64,000 nucleotides of DNA, taken from contig SKYU01000004.1 in NCBI GenBank assembly GCA_007127715.1, positions 681-64,680 of the forward strand, given 5' to 3'. Below the pieces are notes generated by a model. The model made no database searches and was not told where the DNA came from. It was given only the letters and a program-made list of their open reading frames with translations. The stretch is from Gammaproteobacteria bacterium. Its GTDB lineage: Bacteria; Pseudomonadota; Gammaproteobacteria; Steroidobacterales; PWYM01. Positions 44,627 through 57,100 of this stretch are shown here, piece after piece. Both the position numbers and the translations under genes were made by a program. Every line of letters starts with the position of its first letter. Position 1 is the stretch's first letter.

Positions 44627-46177
44627 TCATCCTGGCGGCAGCGCGCCGCCATAGGTCACACCGCTCAGCAGTGCCATATCGCGCTTCCAGGTGCTCAGGT
44701 CGCTCGGCTGGAACTGCGCGATTCCGGAATGTCCGCAGGCCCGGGACAGCACCTTCATCAACTCCACCGATGCCAGCAGGAACCGCGCCAGGCGTTCGGC
44801 GCCCTGGTCGACTTTCAGCCGCTGGCGCAGCTTCGGGTCCTGTGTCGCGACGCCCGTCGGACAGCGGTTGGTGTGACAGATGCGCGCGCCCACGCACCCC
44901 ACGGCCTGGATGGCTGAATTGCCGAGCGCGACGCCGTCGGCTCCGAGGGCGATGGCTTTCACGAAATCTTCCGGTGTGCGCAGGCCCCCAGTGATGATCA
45001 GGGTGACCTCACGCCCGCAGCGGCTGTCGAGATGGCGCCGCGCTCTCGCCAGGGCAGGGATGGTGGGCACGCTGATGTGGTCGCGCAGAATCAGTGGCGC
45101 GGCCCCCGTGCCGCCGCCTCGTCCATCCAGGATCAGGTAGTCGGCACCGGCGTCCAGCGCGAAATCGATATCGTCTTCGATATGGTTGGCCGAGAGCTTG
45201 AAGCCGACCGGGATACCGTCGGAGCGTTCGCGCACCTCATCGGCAAACCGGCGGAAGTCCGCGACCGATACCAGGTCTTCGAACACGGCAGGCGAGACCG
45301 CGTCCTCACCCGGCTCGATGCCGCGGGTCTCGGCGATCTTGTCGTTGACCTTGGCGCCGGGCAGATGGCCGCCTACGCCGGTCTTGGCCGCCTGTCCGGC
45401 CTTGAAATGGAAGGCCCGGACTTCATCCAGCAGTTCCCATCGCCAGCCGAACTGCGCCGACGCGAGCTCGAGCAGATAGCGTGAACTGGCTGCGCGTTCC
45501 TCGTCCATGGAACCGCCTTCGCCCGAGCAGATACCCGTGCCCGCCTGTTCCGCACCGTGTGCCAGAGCCATCCGCGCCTCATACGAGAGCGCGCCAAAGC
45601 TCATGTCCGTCACCAGCAGCGGGATATCGAGTTCCAGTGGCCGCTTGGCCCGCGGGCCGATCACCAGTCGGGTGTCGACTTCACTGTTCTCTGCCAGCGG
45701 ACGGCGGGCCAGCTGCGCGGTGAGGATCTGCAGATCGTCCCACTGGGGGAGATCCTTGCGGGGTACACCCATGGCGGCGACGTCGCCATGCGGTCCGGAC
45801 TTCTCCAGGCCGTCGCGGGCAAGTGCGTGGATGCGCGCAACGGTCGGCTCCTCCGGGGTCGGCTCCGCTTCGGGGGGCTGGTCCTCCGAGTCTTCATCGG
45901 CCGCGGCAGAGGGCACCGGGTCGCCGACGTCTGCGTCGAGCTTGGAATGTGTGCCGTCACACAAGGGCGCATCGGCCGTGGCCTTGCAGCGGCAGAAGTA
46001 GGCTTTCTGGTCTTTCTCGGCTGTCCATTTCAACGGTGTGATGCCGGTGCCCTTGTGAGAGCCGTCGCAGAAAGGCTGATCCTTGGACAGTCCACAGCGG
46101 CACCAGTAGTAGGTCTTGCCTTTTTCTACTTCGACACCCTGCGGCGTCAACGCTGCAATCACGGGTTGGTGGGCCAT
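44627..46177 (-). CDS. Glutamate-synthase-like FMN domain protein with two N-terminal CDGSH iron-sulfur motifs
   Basis: CRCGLSKDQPFCDGSHK and CRCKATADAPLCDGTHS, followed by a GltB-domain-2-like region (LILDGRGGGTGAAP, IITGGLRTPEDFVKAIALGADGV). GGAGG RBS before ATG 46177. The track ORF start at 46411 is an extension. Confidence 0.85.
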   Translation of the reverse strand: MAHQPVIAALTPQGVEVEKGKTYYWCRCGLSKDQPFCDGSHKGTGITPLKWTAEKDQKAYFCRCKATADAPLCDGTHSKLDADVGDPVPSAAADEDSEDQPPEAEPTPEEPTVARIHALARDGLEKSGPHGDVAAMGVPRKDLPQWDDLQILTAQLARRPLAENSEVDTRLVIGPRAKRPLELDIPLLVTDMSFGALSYEARMALAHGAEQAGTGICSGEGGSMDEERAASSRYLLELASAQFGWRWELLDEVRAFHFKAGQAAKTGVGGHLPGAKVNDKIAETRGIEPGEDAVSPAVFEDLVSVADFRRFADEVRERSDGIPVGFKLSANHIEDDIDFALDAGADYLILDGRGGGTGAAPLILRDHISVPTIPALARARRHLDSRCGREVTLIITGGLRTPEDFVKAIALGADGVALGNSAIQAVGCVGARICHTNRCPTGVATQDPKLRQRLKVDQGAERLARFLLASVELMKVLSRACGHSGIAQFQPSDLSTWKRDMALLSGVTYGGALPPG

Positions 46178-46320
46178 CCTGTGCCACCTCCAGGACTCTG
46201 GTGAATCGGTGTGAGCCCGTCCGGCACGCAGCCGGCTACGGAAACCCACAGGGTCAGTATACCGATCCACTCGCGCCCGGGTCGCAGCAGGGGCTGGAAG
46301 TTGTGTGATAATCCGGGCGC

Positions 46321-47433
46321 ATGGTGACCGCGTCCAACCGTCTCGCCGCTCCTTCCGAGGCCCTGGCCTTTCAGGCGGGTATCCTCGAGCGTGTATCGCG
46401 CACATTTGCATTCACCATCCCCCAGCTGCCACCGCCGTTGTATACGGCAGTGACCAATGCCTACCTGCTGTGCCGGATCGCCGACACCATCGAGGACGAG
46501 CCGGAGCTCAGCCAGACGCAGAAGGAGCAGTTCAGCCGTCGCCTGGTGGCAGTGCTGGCGGGTGAGGCTGCGGCAGAGGAGTTCGCCGAGGCGCTGGTTC
46601 CGCTGCTCTCCGAACATACGCTGCCGGCGGAGCGCGAGCTGATCGCGCACACCCGGCATGTGCTGTCGGTGACCCGGGCGCTCGGTGACCGTGAGCAGAT
46701 GGCGCTCCATCGCTGCGTCCAGGTGATGAGCGAGGGCATGAGCCGCTGCCAGCGCACCGCCGATCTCAGCGGCCTGGCCGACATCCCCGAACTGGACCAG
46801 TACTGCTACTACGTGGCCGGGGTGGTCGGCGAGATGCTTACCGAACTGTTCTGCGCCTACTCGCCGGAGATCGCTTCACGCTGCGACGAGCTCATGGCCC
46901 TGGCGCCCTCGTTCGGTCAGGGATTGCAGATGACCAATATCCTGAAGGACCTCAACGCCGATCGCGCGCGCGGGGTCTGCTGGCTGCCCCGGGACGTCTA
47001 CCCCGGTGTCTCCGGCGAGGTGACGGATCTGCTCGGTGAAGTTGGTACTGGCAGCCATGAGGCTGCAATGACCCGGCTGGTATCGATTGCCCATGCACAT
47101 CTGCGCAATGCGCTTCGCTATACCCTGCTGATCCCGGCGCACGAGAGGGGTATCCGCCGCTTCTGCCTGTGGGCGGTCGGGCTCGCCCTGCTCACCCTGC
47201 GAAACATTCACCGCCAGCCAGGGTTCAAGGACGCCACGGAGATCAAGGTCAGTCGACGCACGGTGGCCGGGGTGGCCCTGCTCGGGCGCCTGTCGGCACG
47301 CTCCGATGTGCTGGTGCGAGCGTTTTTCGGGCTCGCTGCGCGCGGGTTGCCGGCGCCCGCAAGGCATCCCACCTGGGTGCGTGGTCAACCCGGCGTCAGC
47401 AAACCTCAGCCTGACTCGGCGACACCGCGGTAG
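46321..47433 (+). CDS. Squalene/phytoene synthase family protein
   Basis: Asp-rich motif CRIADTIEDE. YCYYVAGVVGEMLT. GLQMTNILKDLNADRARG. Confidence 0.8.
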   Translation: MVTASNRLAAPSEALAFQAGILERVSRTFAFTIPQLPPPLYTAVTNAYLLCRIADTIEDEPELSQTQKEQFSRRLVAVLAGEAAAEEFAEALVPLLSEHTLPAERELIAHTRHVLSVTRALGDREQMALHRCVQVMSEGMSRCQRTADLSGLADIPELDQYCYYVAGVVGEMLTELFCAYSPEIASRCDELMALAPSFGQGLQMTNILKDLNADRARGVCWLPRDVYPGVSGEVTDLLGEVGTGSHEAAMTRLVSIAHAHLRNALRYTLLIPAHERGIRRFCLWAVGLALLTLRNIHRQPGFKDATEIKVSRRTVAGVALLGRLSARSDVLVRAFFGLAARGLPAPARHPTWVRGQPGVSKPQPDSATPR

Positions 47434-48026
47434 AGGTAGCCCGCGAAGCGTGGCGTCCGCGGGAGATAGCCAGGCTCGAGGCGACGCATACGGAAACCGG
47501 CCTGTTCCAGCAGCTGGTCGATCGGGCGGTTCAGCTGACAGCCGCCGGCGAGTCGCTGCCATATCGGGTTCAACCGGTCCTGCCAGCGGCGCACGGCGAT
47601 ATCAGGTGCCGCTCCGTGTTCGCAGAACAGGAGGCGCCCCTCCGGCCTGAGCACCCGGCGAATCTGCATCAGGGCAGTCTGCCAATCCGGAATCGTGCAG
47701 AGGGTGAAGGTGAGCACGACAGTATCGATGCTGTCGTCCGGCAGCGGGATCTGTTCTCCGGGCAGCGACAGCCACTCCACCGGCACCGGCGAGGCGGCCA
47801 GCCGCAGTGCGGCCTTGCGGCGCATACCCTCGGACGGCTCGAGGCCCCAGACCTTCGCCACCCGAGCCGGATCGTAGTGGGCGAGGTTCAGCCCCGAGCC
47901 CATGCCGACCTCCAGTACCCGGCCCTGCGCCCGTGGCACGAGGCGCATGCGCTCGCGGGTCACCAGCCGGCTGGCGCAGGCACAGTGCACCAGCTGCGGC
48001 AGGATGAAATTCTCGTAAAGGCCCAC
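47406..48026 (-). CDS. Class I SAM-dependent methyltransferase (Methyltransf_11-like)
   Basis: RVLEVGMGSGLNL, IDTVVLTFTLCTIPD and VLRPEGRLLFCEH. Confidence 0.8.
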   Translation of the reverse strand: MGLYENFILPQLVHCACASRLVTRERMRLVPRAQGRVLEVGMGSGLNLAHYDPARVAKVWGLEPSEGMRRKAALRLAASPVPVEWLSLPGEQIPLPDDSIDTVVLTFTLCTIPDWQTALMQIRRVLRPEGRLLFCEHGAAPDIAVRRWQDRLNPIWQRLAGGCQLNRPIDQLLEQAGFRMRRLEPGYLPRTPRFAGYLYRGVAESG

Positions 48027-48030
48027 AGGA

Positions 48031-50337
<2,307 letters not shown>

Positions 50338-50344
50338 CGATTCC

Positions 50345-51307
50345 TCACCGTCCTTCGCAGGGGTCCGGCGGCTGTTCGGGGTGCGGACCGGTAAACCAGA
50401 TCGCGTCGTACTCGCCCGCGTCGGTGTCCGGCAAATCCTGTCCTGGCGTGGTCGGCAACAGCGCAAGGCTGAATACATCGTGCTCGCCGAGGTTCCGCAG
50501 ATCCTGCGGTACGCCGAAACCGCGATCGACGTGTCCGTTCCCGGCAATGAGCACCCCGCCATCCAATCCGCTTGCGGCGTCGTGAAGGCGCTGCGCCATG
50601 ACCACGTCCCGCACGCGCTGCGCGAGCACCATCCGGTCTATGACGGTCTGGGGCAGGTCATGGCAGTGGCTGGCCATCAGGATGTCGCGCAGCCGCGCCT
50701 TGGCTGCTGCAGGCCGCGGCGTATCGAGCGCCGCGGGCTGGACATCCTGCAGCGTGCGCGGATCCTGTCCGTCCATGGCGACCGCACGTACCGCACGCCG
50801 CGGCAGATTCGCGGCGATCAGGGGCAGCTCGTACCGAAACGCCGCCTCGGCAATGGGCTGGTAGCGCGACCAGTCGGGCCAGCCGCTGTCCTCCCAGCCG
50901 ACCGCTTCGCCGAGGCCGGCGGCAGCCTCCGGGGGCGCGGGTTGAAACGCCGCGAGTGCCGCTGCCTGGTCCGTGTCGAACTGTTCCATGGCCACCACCG
51001 GTCGCCGGCCATTGGCCACCATCGCAGTGATCAGTTCCGCCTGCAGACGATGATGCTCCGGATGCCCATGCAGTTCGCCCAGCAGCACGAAGCGCGTCGC
51101 CGACAGCCGCGCCTCGAGTTCGGCGCGCGTCGCGAACCGCGCCTCGCGGACCAGCCAGATACGGCCCTCCAGGCGCGTCTCGGTGTGCTCCTCCGGTGCC
51201 TGCGCGGCCGTGGTCTCCGGCACCGGGCTGATGCCGCTGCAGGCGCCAGCGAATGCCAGAGAGGCGAACAGGCTGGCGACGCTGATAGGGCTCGTCGTTC
51301 GTCGCAC
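50345..51307 (-). CDS. ChaN-family (haem-binding uptake / Tiki-superfamily) lipoprotein
   Basis: Lipobox [28 protein letters not shown]...VVAMEQF is characteristic of ChaN/DUF399. It ends 7 bp before the copA start. Confidence 0.7.
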   Translation of the reverse strand: MRRTTSPISVASLFASLAFAGACSGISPVPETTAAQAPEEHTETRLEGRIWLVREARFATRAELEARLSATRFVLLGELHGHPEHHRLQAELITAMVANGRRPVVAMEQFDTDQAAALAAFQPAPPEAAAGLGEAVGWEDSGWPDWSRYQPIAEAAFRYELPLIAANLPRRAVRAVAMDGQDPRTLQDVQPAALDTPRPAAAKARLRDILMASHCHDLPQTVIDRMVLAQRVRDVVMAQRLHDAASGLDGGVLIAGNGHVDRGFGVPQDLRNLGEHDVFSLALLPTTPGQDLPDTDAGEYDAIWFTGPHPEQPPDPCEGR

Positions 51308-51339
51308 TTCAGGGTTCTCCTGGCCTCACTCAGCGCCCG

Positions 51340-53808
51340 TCACGGCCAGGGCAGGGGGACGGGAGCAGGGCGCGGCCGGTGTGCCGGATCCCGTTTGCCA
51401 TCGAAGTAGGCAGTGATGTCCCGACGCGCCGTGGCCAGGTGGGCACCAACGGCGTCATCCGCCGCGCGGACGCGTCGTGGGGTGCGCTCCGCGGCCGCCA
51501 GTTGCGAGCGCAGCGCATCGAGCTTTGCCTCCGCGCTGGCGCGTACGCCAGAGGTGGTCCGCTGATCCGCGGCAAGGTCCAGCAGTCCGTCCAGCACCGC
51601 GCGCTGAGCGACGCGCCGGAGCGGGTTTGCGGCATCCCCGCCCCAGGTGGCCTCCACGAGCGCACCGATCACTTCGGCGACATCGGGCAGCTCCGGATTA
51701 CGGAAATGGAAGCTCGCTACCCGCGCCATCCGCGACGGATGAAGCAGGTTGTCGACAATCTCCTGCGCAAGGCTGTGGGCCAGCCACAGCGGATCCAGCG
51801 CGGGTCCGGCCGGTGACTCGATCAGCCGTTCGTTCACATGGCCGCGCCAGCCAGGCGTCCAGCCGAACGGCTCGGGCGGGATCAGTCCGGGGATATGTTC
51901 CGGCAGCGCCAGCGCATCGGGTGCGAGCGCGGCCAGTACCCGCGAGAGCGCCTCGCGCTGAACTGCCGCCGGCAGGATCCGGGTCGGGGGCGCGGCATCG
52001 CCGGCGACGGCATAGCTGAACTCCATCCCGCCGATGGCCTTGGTCGTGCCGTGCAGGGCCGTGCGGTGATGCAGGTACACGTGCGCGAGGCGCTTGTTCA
52101 GCAGAAAATACGGCTCACCGGGGTTCAGCGCGCGTTCGTCGAAGTGCTCCAGCAGCACGCCGCGCACCGCCATGGTCCGCTCGAGCGCCTCGAGCATGTC
52201 ATTGCCCTCGACCCATACGGTGGCGTCGGGAAAGCTGCCCGCCGGCCCGGCGTCGCCGCCAGTAATGAAACGCAGGCCTCTGTCGGATATCTCACTGATG
52301 ATTTCCGCCAGCCCCTCGCGCTCGCTCTCGGCGTCCGGGAACCAGGTGTAGGCGTAACGGATGGCCAGGATGTCCCAGTCTCCGAGGCCCTCGGCGTAGG
52401 CGCCGCGCAGGTCGGGACGGCCGTCTTCGTCCAGCGTGACCAGCGCGACGGGATAGTCCATGACCGAGGCGCGATCATGCGCTGCTGCAATGAAGTTGTG
52501 CGCGAGACCGAGGGTATGTCCGATCTCGTGGGCGCTGTGCTGGCGCCGCCGCGCCATCGCCAGCGCCTCACCATCGAGCGCCAGGCCTTCGGCCCCGGCC
52601 GCCGGACGCATGCCCAGCCAGATGTCGTGATTCACCAGCGATCGGAACGAGTCCATGCGAACGATGCTGCTGATGATCTCGCCGGTGCGCGGGTCACGAT
52701 AATGCGGCCCGACCGAGGGACCGCGTTCCTGGCGATGGACCCAGTGGATCACGTTGTAACGCGCGTCCATGGGATCGGCATCCTCGGGCAGATCCCGGAT
52801 CTGGAAGGCGTTGCGGAACCCGGCGGCCTCGAAACCCTGGTTCCACCATAACCCACCCTCGCGGAAGGCCGTGCGATAGGGTTCCGGAATGGCCGGGTCG
52901 AGGTGGTAGACGATTGGTGTTTCCGGCTCGACCAGTTCCCCGGCGAGGTAGGCCTCGGGGTCGCTCGGCACCAGCCGCCAGCGGGAGATCCAGCGTCGGC
53001 GGTAGTCACTGTCCAGCGGCAGGCTGAAGTCGAAGAACATGTGGGGGAAGATGCCGGCGCGCGGGTGGAACTCACGCGGCGCATAGTCGTCATCCGGCAG
53101 GGCGATGAAGCTGTGGTGCTGCTGGATACTCATGCTCCTGGCATCGGGCAGGTGCTGCGCAAGCCGGTCGCCAGCCTCCTGAAGCTCGAACGTCAGGGTC
53201 ACGCGGACTTCTGTATTGCCGGGGTAGCTGCCTGTGAAACGCTCCTCGATCACGCTGCGACGTGCATCGAGCTGGACCTGTCCGACCACGCCGGCCTGGC
53301 GGAGTCGCTCGCGCACACCGAAGGCGTCGCTCAGCAGGAAGTCGGTGGCATCGACGCGCAGCACGCCATCGGTTTCATCGTCGATGTCCATCGCAGCCAG
53401 CACCGATCGCGGAAACGACTCCGCCACTGCACGCTGCGAGGCGGGCGAGGGGTCGAGGCTGCGATGTGCAATGTTTTCCTGGATCAGCAGTACGTGGGGG
53501 CCATGGCGCTCGAACTTCACCAGGGCGTTGATGCCGGTCTGGCCGCGATCGAGCAGAGGCGAGGTGGTGCCGACGCCGCCGGCCAGGGTGTTGGTGTAGA
53601 TCATGACAGCGCCCGGCTCACGCACATCCAGCAGGATCCGGCCCGTCTCGCGGTCGTAATGCAACGGCAGCAGATCGCCTGCGTGCACGTGAGCGTGCGC
53701 AAGCATCGCCGCCAGTGCCAGCAGGCCGCAGCACAGCAGCCGCGTCACGGAAACAGCGCGTGGAAGATCAGGCATCGGCAGTGCTCCGGGCGGTGATTGA
53801 ACCAGCAT
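51340..53808 (-). CDS. Secreted zinc metalloprotease (DUF5117/DUF4953-type)
   Basis: Signal peptide LLCCGLLALAAMLAHA. Zincin motif HEIGHTLGLAHNF. AGGAGG RBS before ATG 53808. ATG 53775 is an alternative start. Confidence 0.8.
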   Translation of the reverse strand: MLVQSPPGALPMPDLPRAVSVTRLLCCGLLALAAMLAHAHVHAGDLLPLHYDRETGRILLDVREPGAVMIYTNTLAGGVGTTSPLLDRGQTGINALVKFERHGPHVLLIQENIAHRSLDPSPASQRAVAESFPRSVLAAMDIDDETDGVLRVDATDFLLSDAFGVRERLRQAGVVGQVQLDARRSVIEERFTGSYPGNTEVRVTLTFELQEAGDRLAQHLPDARSMSIQQHHSFIALPDDDYAPREFHPRAGIFPHMFFDFSLPLDSDYRRRWISRWRLVPSDPEAYLAGELVEPETPIVYHLDPAIPEPYRTAFREGGLWWNQGFEAAGFRNAFQIRDLPEDADPMDARYNVIHWVHRQERGPSVGPHYRDPRTGEIISSIVRMDSFRSLVNHDIWLGMRPAAGAEGLALDGEALAMARRRQHSAHEIGHTLGLAHNFIAAAHDRASVMDYPVALVTLDEDGRPDLRGAYAEGLGDWDILAIRYAYTWFPDAESEREGLAEIISEISDRGLRFITGGDAGPAGSFPDATVWVEGNDMLEALERTMAVRGVLLEHFDERALNPGEPYFLLNKRLAHVYLHHRTALHGTTKAIGGMEFSYAVAGDAAPPTRILPAAVQREALSRVLAALAPDALALPEHIPGLIPPEPFGWTPGWRGHVNERLIESPAGPALDPLWLAHSLAQEIVDNLLHPSRMARVASFHFRNPELPDVAEVIGALVEATWGGDAANPLRRVAQRAVLDGLLDLAADQRTTSGVRASAEAKLDALRSQLAAAERTPRRVRAADDAVGAHLATARRDITAYFDGKRDPAHRPRPAPVPLPWP

Positions 53809-53809
53809 G

Positions 53810-55231
53810 TCAGGACCCTCCTGCCGCCTCGTTCGCCGGGATGATGTCGAAGGCGATGGTCACTCTTGGGGAGGTGTCCTGGAAGGGCACGGTGCCGTGC
53901 CAAAGATAGGAGGGAAACAGCACCAGATGGCCAGGTCTGGGCTGCACGAAATGTTCCGCCGGCAGGGACGGCAGGGTCGGCATGCCCGGTTCTCCAAACT
54001 GCAGCCAGCCGGCGTGGGCTTTGTCCTCGCCGCTGCAGTTGCCGGGCAGCACGATGTGGCAGGCGGAGGACAGCCAGCCCTCCGGGTGCACATGACTGGC
54101 GTGGAAGCCGCCGGTGCCCAGGCGGACCGACCACATGCCCTGGATGCGCCAGCTGCCGGTGTTGCGGCTGCGTAGCGGGTCGTCGCCGGCGCCGAGAAAA
54201 GCGAGATGACGCGCGATGACCGGTTCCACGGCCTGTGGGAATGCGCGGATGGCCGGGTGGGGTTGCCGGGCGATATTTGCGACCTGGCTGCCATGGCGGA
54301 CGGACTGGCCAAAGGGATGGCTGCGGTAGGGGTGGACCTTCAGCAGGGCCTGACCGAGTTCGGACACATAGCTGTCGAGGTCCGGCCAGTCGGCCGGCGG
54401 CTGGATCGGATAGCCCCTCACGACGCCCTCGTAGTCGTTCAGTTCCTGGTGCCGGACATCGCCGAGGAGTCGCCAGGCTGTGGCGCACAGGGCGATCGCC
54501 TGCTGGTCGCGCGGCTTCAGTTGGTGGAGCCGTTCAGCCACCTGTGCCGCCTCACCGGCATGACCGCTGGCAAGAAGCGCATAGGCCAGGGCGGCCAGCG
54601 CATCCCCGTTGTCGGGGGCCAGCGATACGGCCCGGCGCGCATGGGCCAGCGCGGTGTCACTGCGGCCGGCCAGCGTCGCCACATGGGCGGCAGGCAGCAG
54701 CAGCTGCAGCTCCCCGGGCCACTGCGCGGCGAGGCGCTCGAGTGCCTCGCAGGCGCCGTCGAGGTCGCCCGTGTACTGCAGAATGCGCGCGCGCACCAGA
54801 TGCAGGCCCGGCGACTGCGGTAACCTCTGGATGTCCTCCTGGACGGCGCGCAGGGCCGCGTTGCGGCTGCCGGTGCGCATCCACACCAGTTGGGCGAATT
54901 CGTAGTGCGCATCGAGCATTTCCGGCCGCCGCCGCAGCGCACGCCGAAAGGCCTTCTCCGCCGCCTCGAAGCGGCGCAGTTCGACCAGGCTGCGTGCCCG
55001 TACCAACCAGGTCTCGGGGGCGTCCAGCCCGCGTGCGAAGGCATCGCGGCAGTACTGCTCGGCAGCCGTGTGGTCCCCCGCATCGCCCAGGGCGGCGGCG
55101 AGATTGTGCTCGGCGACGCCGGTGGGTGGAGCGACAGCCAGCGCGCGCCGGTAGAGGTCGATGGCCTCGTCCAGTCGGCCCGCCGACTTCAGGGTGGCGG
55201 CCTGTTGGGTGAGTGTCGCGAAATCGCTCAT
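53810..55231 (-). CDS. TPR-repeat protein with a C-terminal putative 2OG-Fe(II) oxygenase domain
   Basis: Multiple TPR units (GRLDEAIDLYRRALAVAP..., EAAEKAFRRALRRRPE...). C-terminus HASHVHPEGWLSSACHIVLP...GHLVLFPSYLWHGTVPF...RVTIAFDI. The start is ambiguous across 55231-55276. Confidence 0.75.
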   Translation of the reverse strand: MSDFATLTQQAATLKSAGRLDEAIDLYRRALAVAPPTGVAEHNLAAALGDAGDHTAAEQYCRDAFARGLDAPETWLVRARSLVELRRFEAAEKAFRRALRRRPEMLDAHYEFAQLVWMRTGSRNAALRAVQEDIQRLPQSPGLHLVRARILQYTGDLDGACEALERLAAQWPGELQLLLPAAHVATLAGRSDTALAHARRAVSLAPDNGDALAALAYALLASGHAGEAAQVAERLHQLKPRDQQAIALCATAWRLLGDVRHQELNDYEGVVRGYPIQPPADWPDLDSYVSELGQALLKVHPYRSHPFGQSVRHGSQVANIARQPHPAIRAFPQAVEPVIARHLAFLGAGDDPLRSRNTGSWRIQGMWSVRLGTGGFHASHVHPEGWLSSACHIVLPGNCSGEDKAHAGWLQFGEPGMPTLPSLPAEHFVQPRPGHLVLFPSYLWHGTVPFQDTSPRVTIAFDIIPANEAAGGS

Positions 55232-55363
55232 GACGGTATTCCAGAGGTCGGCCGGCAGCATGCGCATGGCAGCCAAGTGACGTCAAGCCGAGGTGCCGCC
55301 CGCCGGGGTCGCCGTCGTGCTGCGATATACTGTGTGCGATGAGAGTACGCGCGGATTCTGCCG

Positions 55364-57100
55364 GTGAGGCCTGACACCCCTGTCGTTCCCGCCTCCGATA
55401 CGCCCGCGCGTGCGCCGCTGCGGGCCGGGCGCGGCTGGACAGGGCTGACGCTCGCGGTGGCGGCCCTGATCGCATTGCCTATCGTCGTGGTGCTGCTGCA
55501 TGTGCTGGTGCCCGCGGGCGACGTGTGGCGGCACCTGTTCCAGACCGTACTCAGCCGCTATGTGGGCAATACCCTGTCGTTGATGGTTGGCGTGGGCATC
55601 GGGGTCACGCTCATCGGTGTCGGAACGGCCTGGCTGGTGGTGATGTGCCGCTTTCCCGGGCGCGGGGTGTTCCGCTGGGCACTGCTGCTGCCCCTGGCGG
55701 TGCCCACCTACGTCATCGCCTATGCCTACACTGATTTCCTGCAGTTCGCAGGGCCCGTGCAGACCCTGCTGCGCGACACCTTCGACTGGGGACGGGATGA
55801 TTACTGGTTTCCCCAGATCCGCTCGCTTGGGGGCGCCATCGTGCTGATGTCGCTGGTGCTCTACCCCTACGTCTATCTGCTGTCGCGCGCGGCGTTCATC
55901 GAACAGTCGGTCTGCGCGCTGGAGGTAGGCAGGACGCTGGGGCGTGGTCCCCTGCGGCTGTTCCTCGGTATCGCCGTGCCGCTCGCGCGTCCGGCGATCG
56001 CCGGCGGCGTGGCGCTGGCGCTGATGGAAACCCTGAACGATTTCGGTGCGGTACAGTTCTTCGGAGTGGATACCTTCACCACCGGTGTCTACCGGACCTG
56101 GTTCGGACTTGGCGAGCAGGCTGCGGCCGCACAGCTCGCGGCCTGCCTGCTGGTGTTCGTACTGGTGCTGCTGGTCCTCGAACGCTGGTCCCGCCGGGAA
56201 GCGCGCTATTTCCAGACCTCGAGCCGGTACCGCGAACTACCGCAGTACCGGCTTTCCGGAGGGCGCGCACTGCTGGCCTGGCTGGCGTGCGCGCTACCGG
56301 TCACCCTGGGTTTCCTGTTGCCGGCGGGTCTGCTGGTCGGCATGCACCTGCGCGAGGGCGATCCCCTGCTCGGCAGCAGGTTCATGGATTTCGCCCTGAA
56401 CAGCCTGACGCTTGCCGGGGTGACCGCGCTGGTGGCGGTCAGCCTGGCCGTGCTGATTTCCTACGGGGTCAGACTGAAACCTTCGCGGCTGACGCAGGGC
56501 GCGGCGCGGGTGGCTTCGCTGGGTTATGCGGTGCCCGGCTCGGTGATCGCCGTCGGCGTGCTGATTCCGCTCGCCTGGCTGGACAGTCGGATCAACCTCT
56601 TTGCCCTGGAGCGCTTCGGTGTGACGCCCGGGCTGATCCTCACCGGGACCATGGTCGCGCTGGTGTATGCCTATGTGGTGCGCTTCCTCGCGGTATCGTT
56701 CAATACCGTGGAAGCCAGCCTTGGCAAGATCAGCCCCAGCATGGATGCCGTGTCGCGCACCCTCGGGGCCGGCGCGGGCGGCACGCTTCGCCGCGTGCAT
56801 ATGCCGATCATGCGCGGCAGCCTGTTCGCGGCAGCCATCCTGATTTTCGTCGACGTCATGAAGGAGCTGCCGGCGACCGTCATTCTGCGGCCTTTCGATT
56901 TCGATACCCTGGCAGTGCGTGCCTACGAACTGGCGTCCGACGAACGTCTGGCGCAGGCCTCGACGTCGGCGCTGGCAATCGTGGCCGTGGGCATCATTCC
57001 TGTGGTGCTGCTCAGCATGGCGATGACCCGATCGCGGCCCGGGCATGCTGGTGGGCCACCAGCCGCGCCCACGGCGCCGCCTCAGCCGGACCGCGGGTAG
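55364..57100 (+). CDS. Fe(III) ABC transporter permease (duplicated MetI-type, FbpB/HitB-like)
   Basis: 578 aa made of two 6-TM halves, each with an EAA-like loop (VCALEVGRTLGRGP.. and MDAVSRTLGAGAGG..). GTG start. Confidence 0.85.
   Translation: MRPDTPVVPASDTPARAPLRAGRGWTGLTLAVAALIALPIVVVLLHVLVPAGDVWRHLFQTVLSRYVGNTLSLMVGVGIGVTLIGVGTAWLVVMCRFPGRGVFRWALLLPLAVPTYVIAYAYTDFLQFAGPVQTLLRDTFDWGRDDYWFPQIRSLGGAIVLMSLVLYPYVYLLSRAAFIEQSVCALEVGRTLGRGPLRLFLGIAVPLARPAIAGGVALALMETLNDFGAVQFFGVDTFTTGVYRTWFGLGEQAAAAQLAACLLVFVLVLLVLERWSRREARYFQTSSRYRELPQYRLSGGRALLAWLACALPVTLGFLLPAGLLVGMHLREGDPLLGSRFMDFALNSLTLAGVTALVAVSLAVLISYGVRLKPSRLTQGAARVASLGYAVPGSVIAVGVLIPLAWLDSRINLFALERFGVTPGLILTGTMVALVYAYVVRFLAVSFNTVEASLGKISPSMDAVSRTLGAGAGGTLRRVHMPIMRGSLFAAAILIFVDVMKELPATVILRPFDFDTLAVRAYELASDERLAQASTSALAIVAVGIIPVVLLSMAMTRSRPGHAGGPPAAPTAPPQPDRG

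Noticed and set aside
1-47433. A hopanoid cluster linking the HpnN-like exporter (1-2254) and the squalene-synthase-like gene (46321-47433)
   Set aside because: The genes are 44 kb apart with unrelated genes between them. No shc or hpn genes are present in the window.
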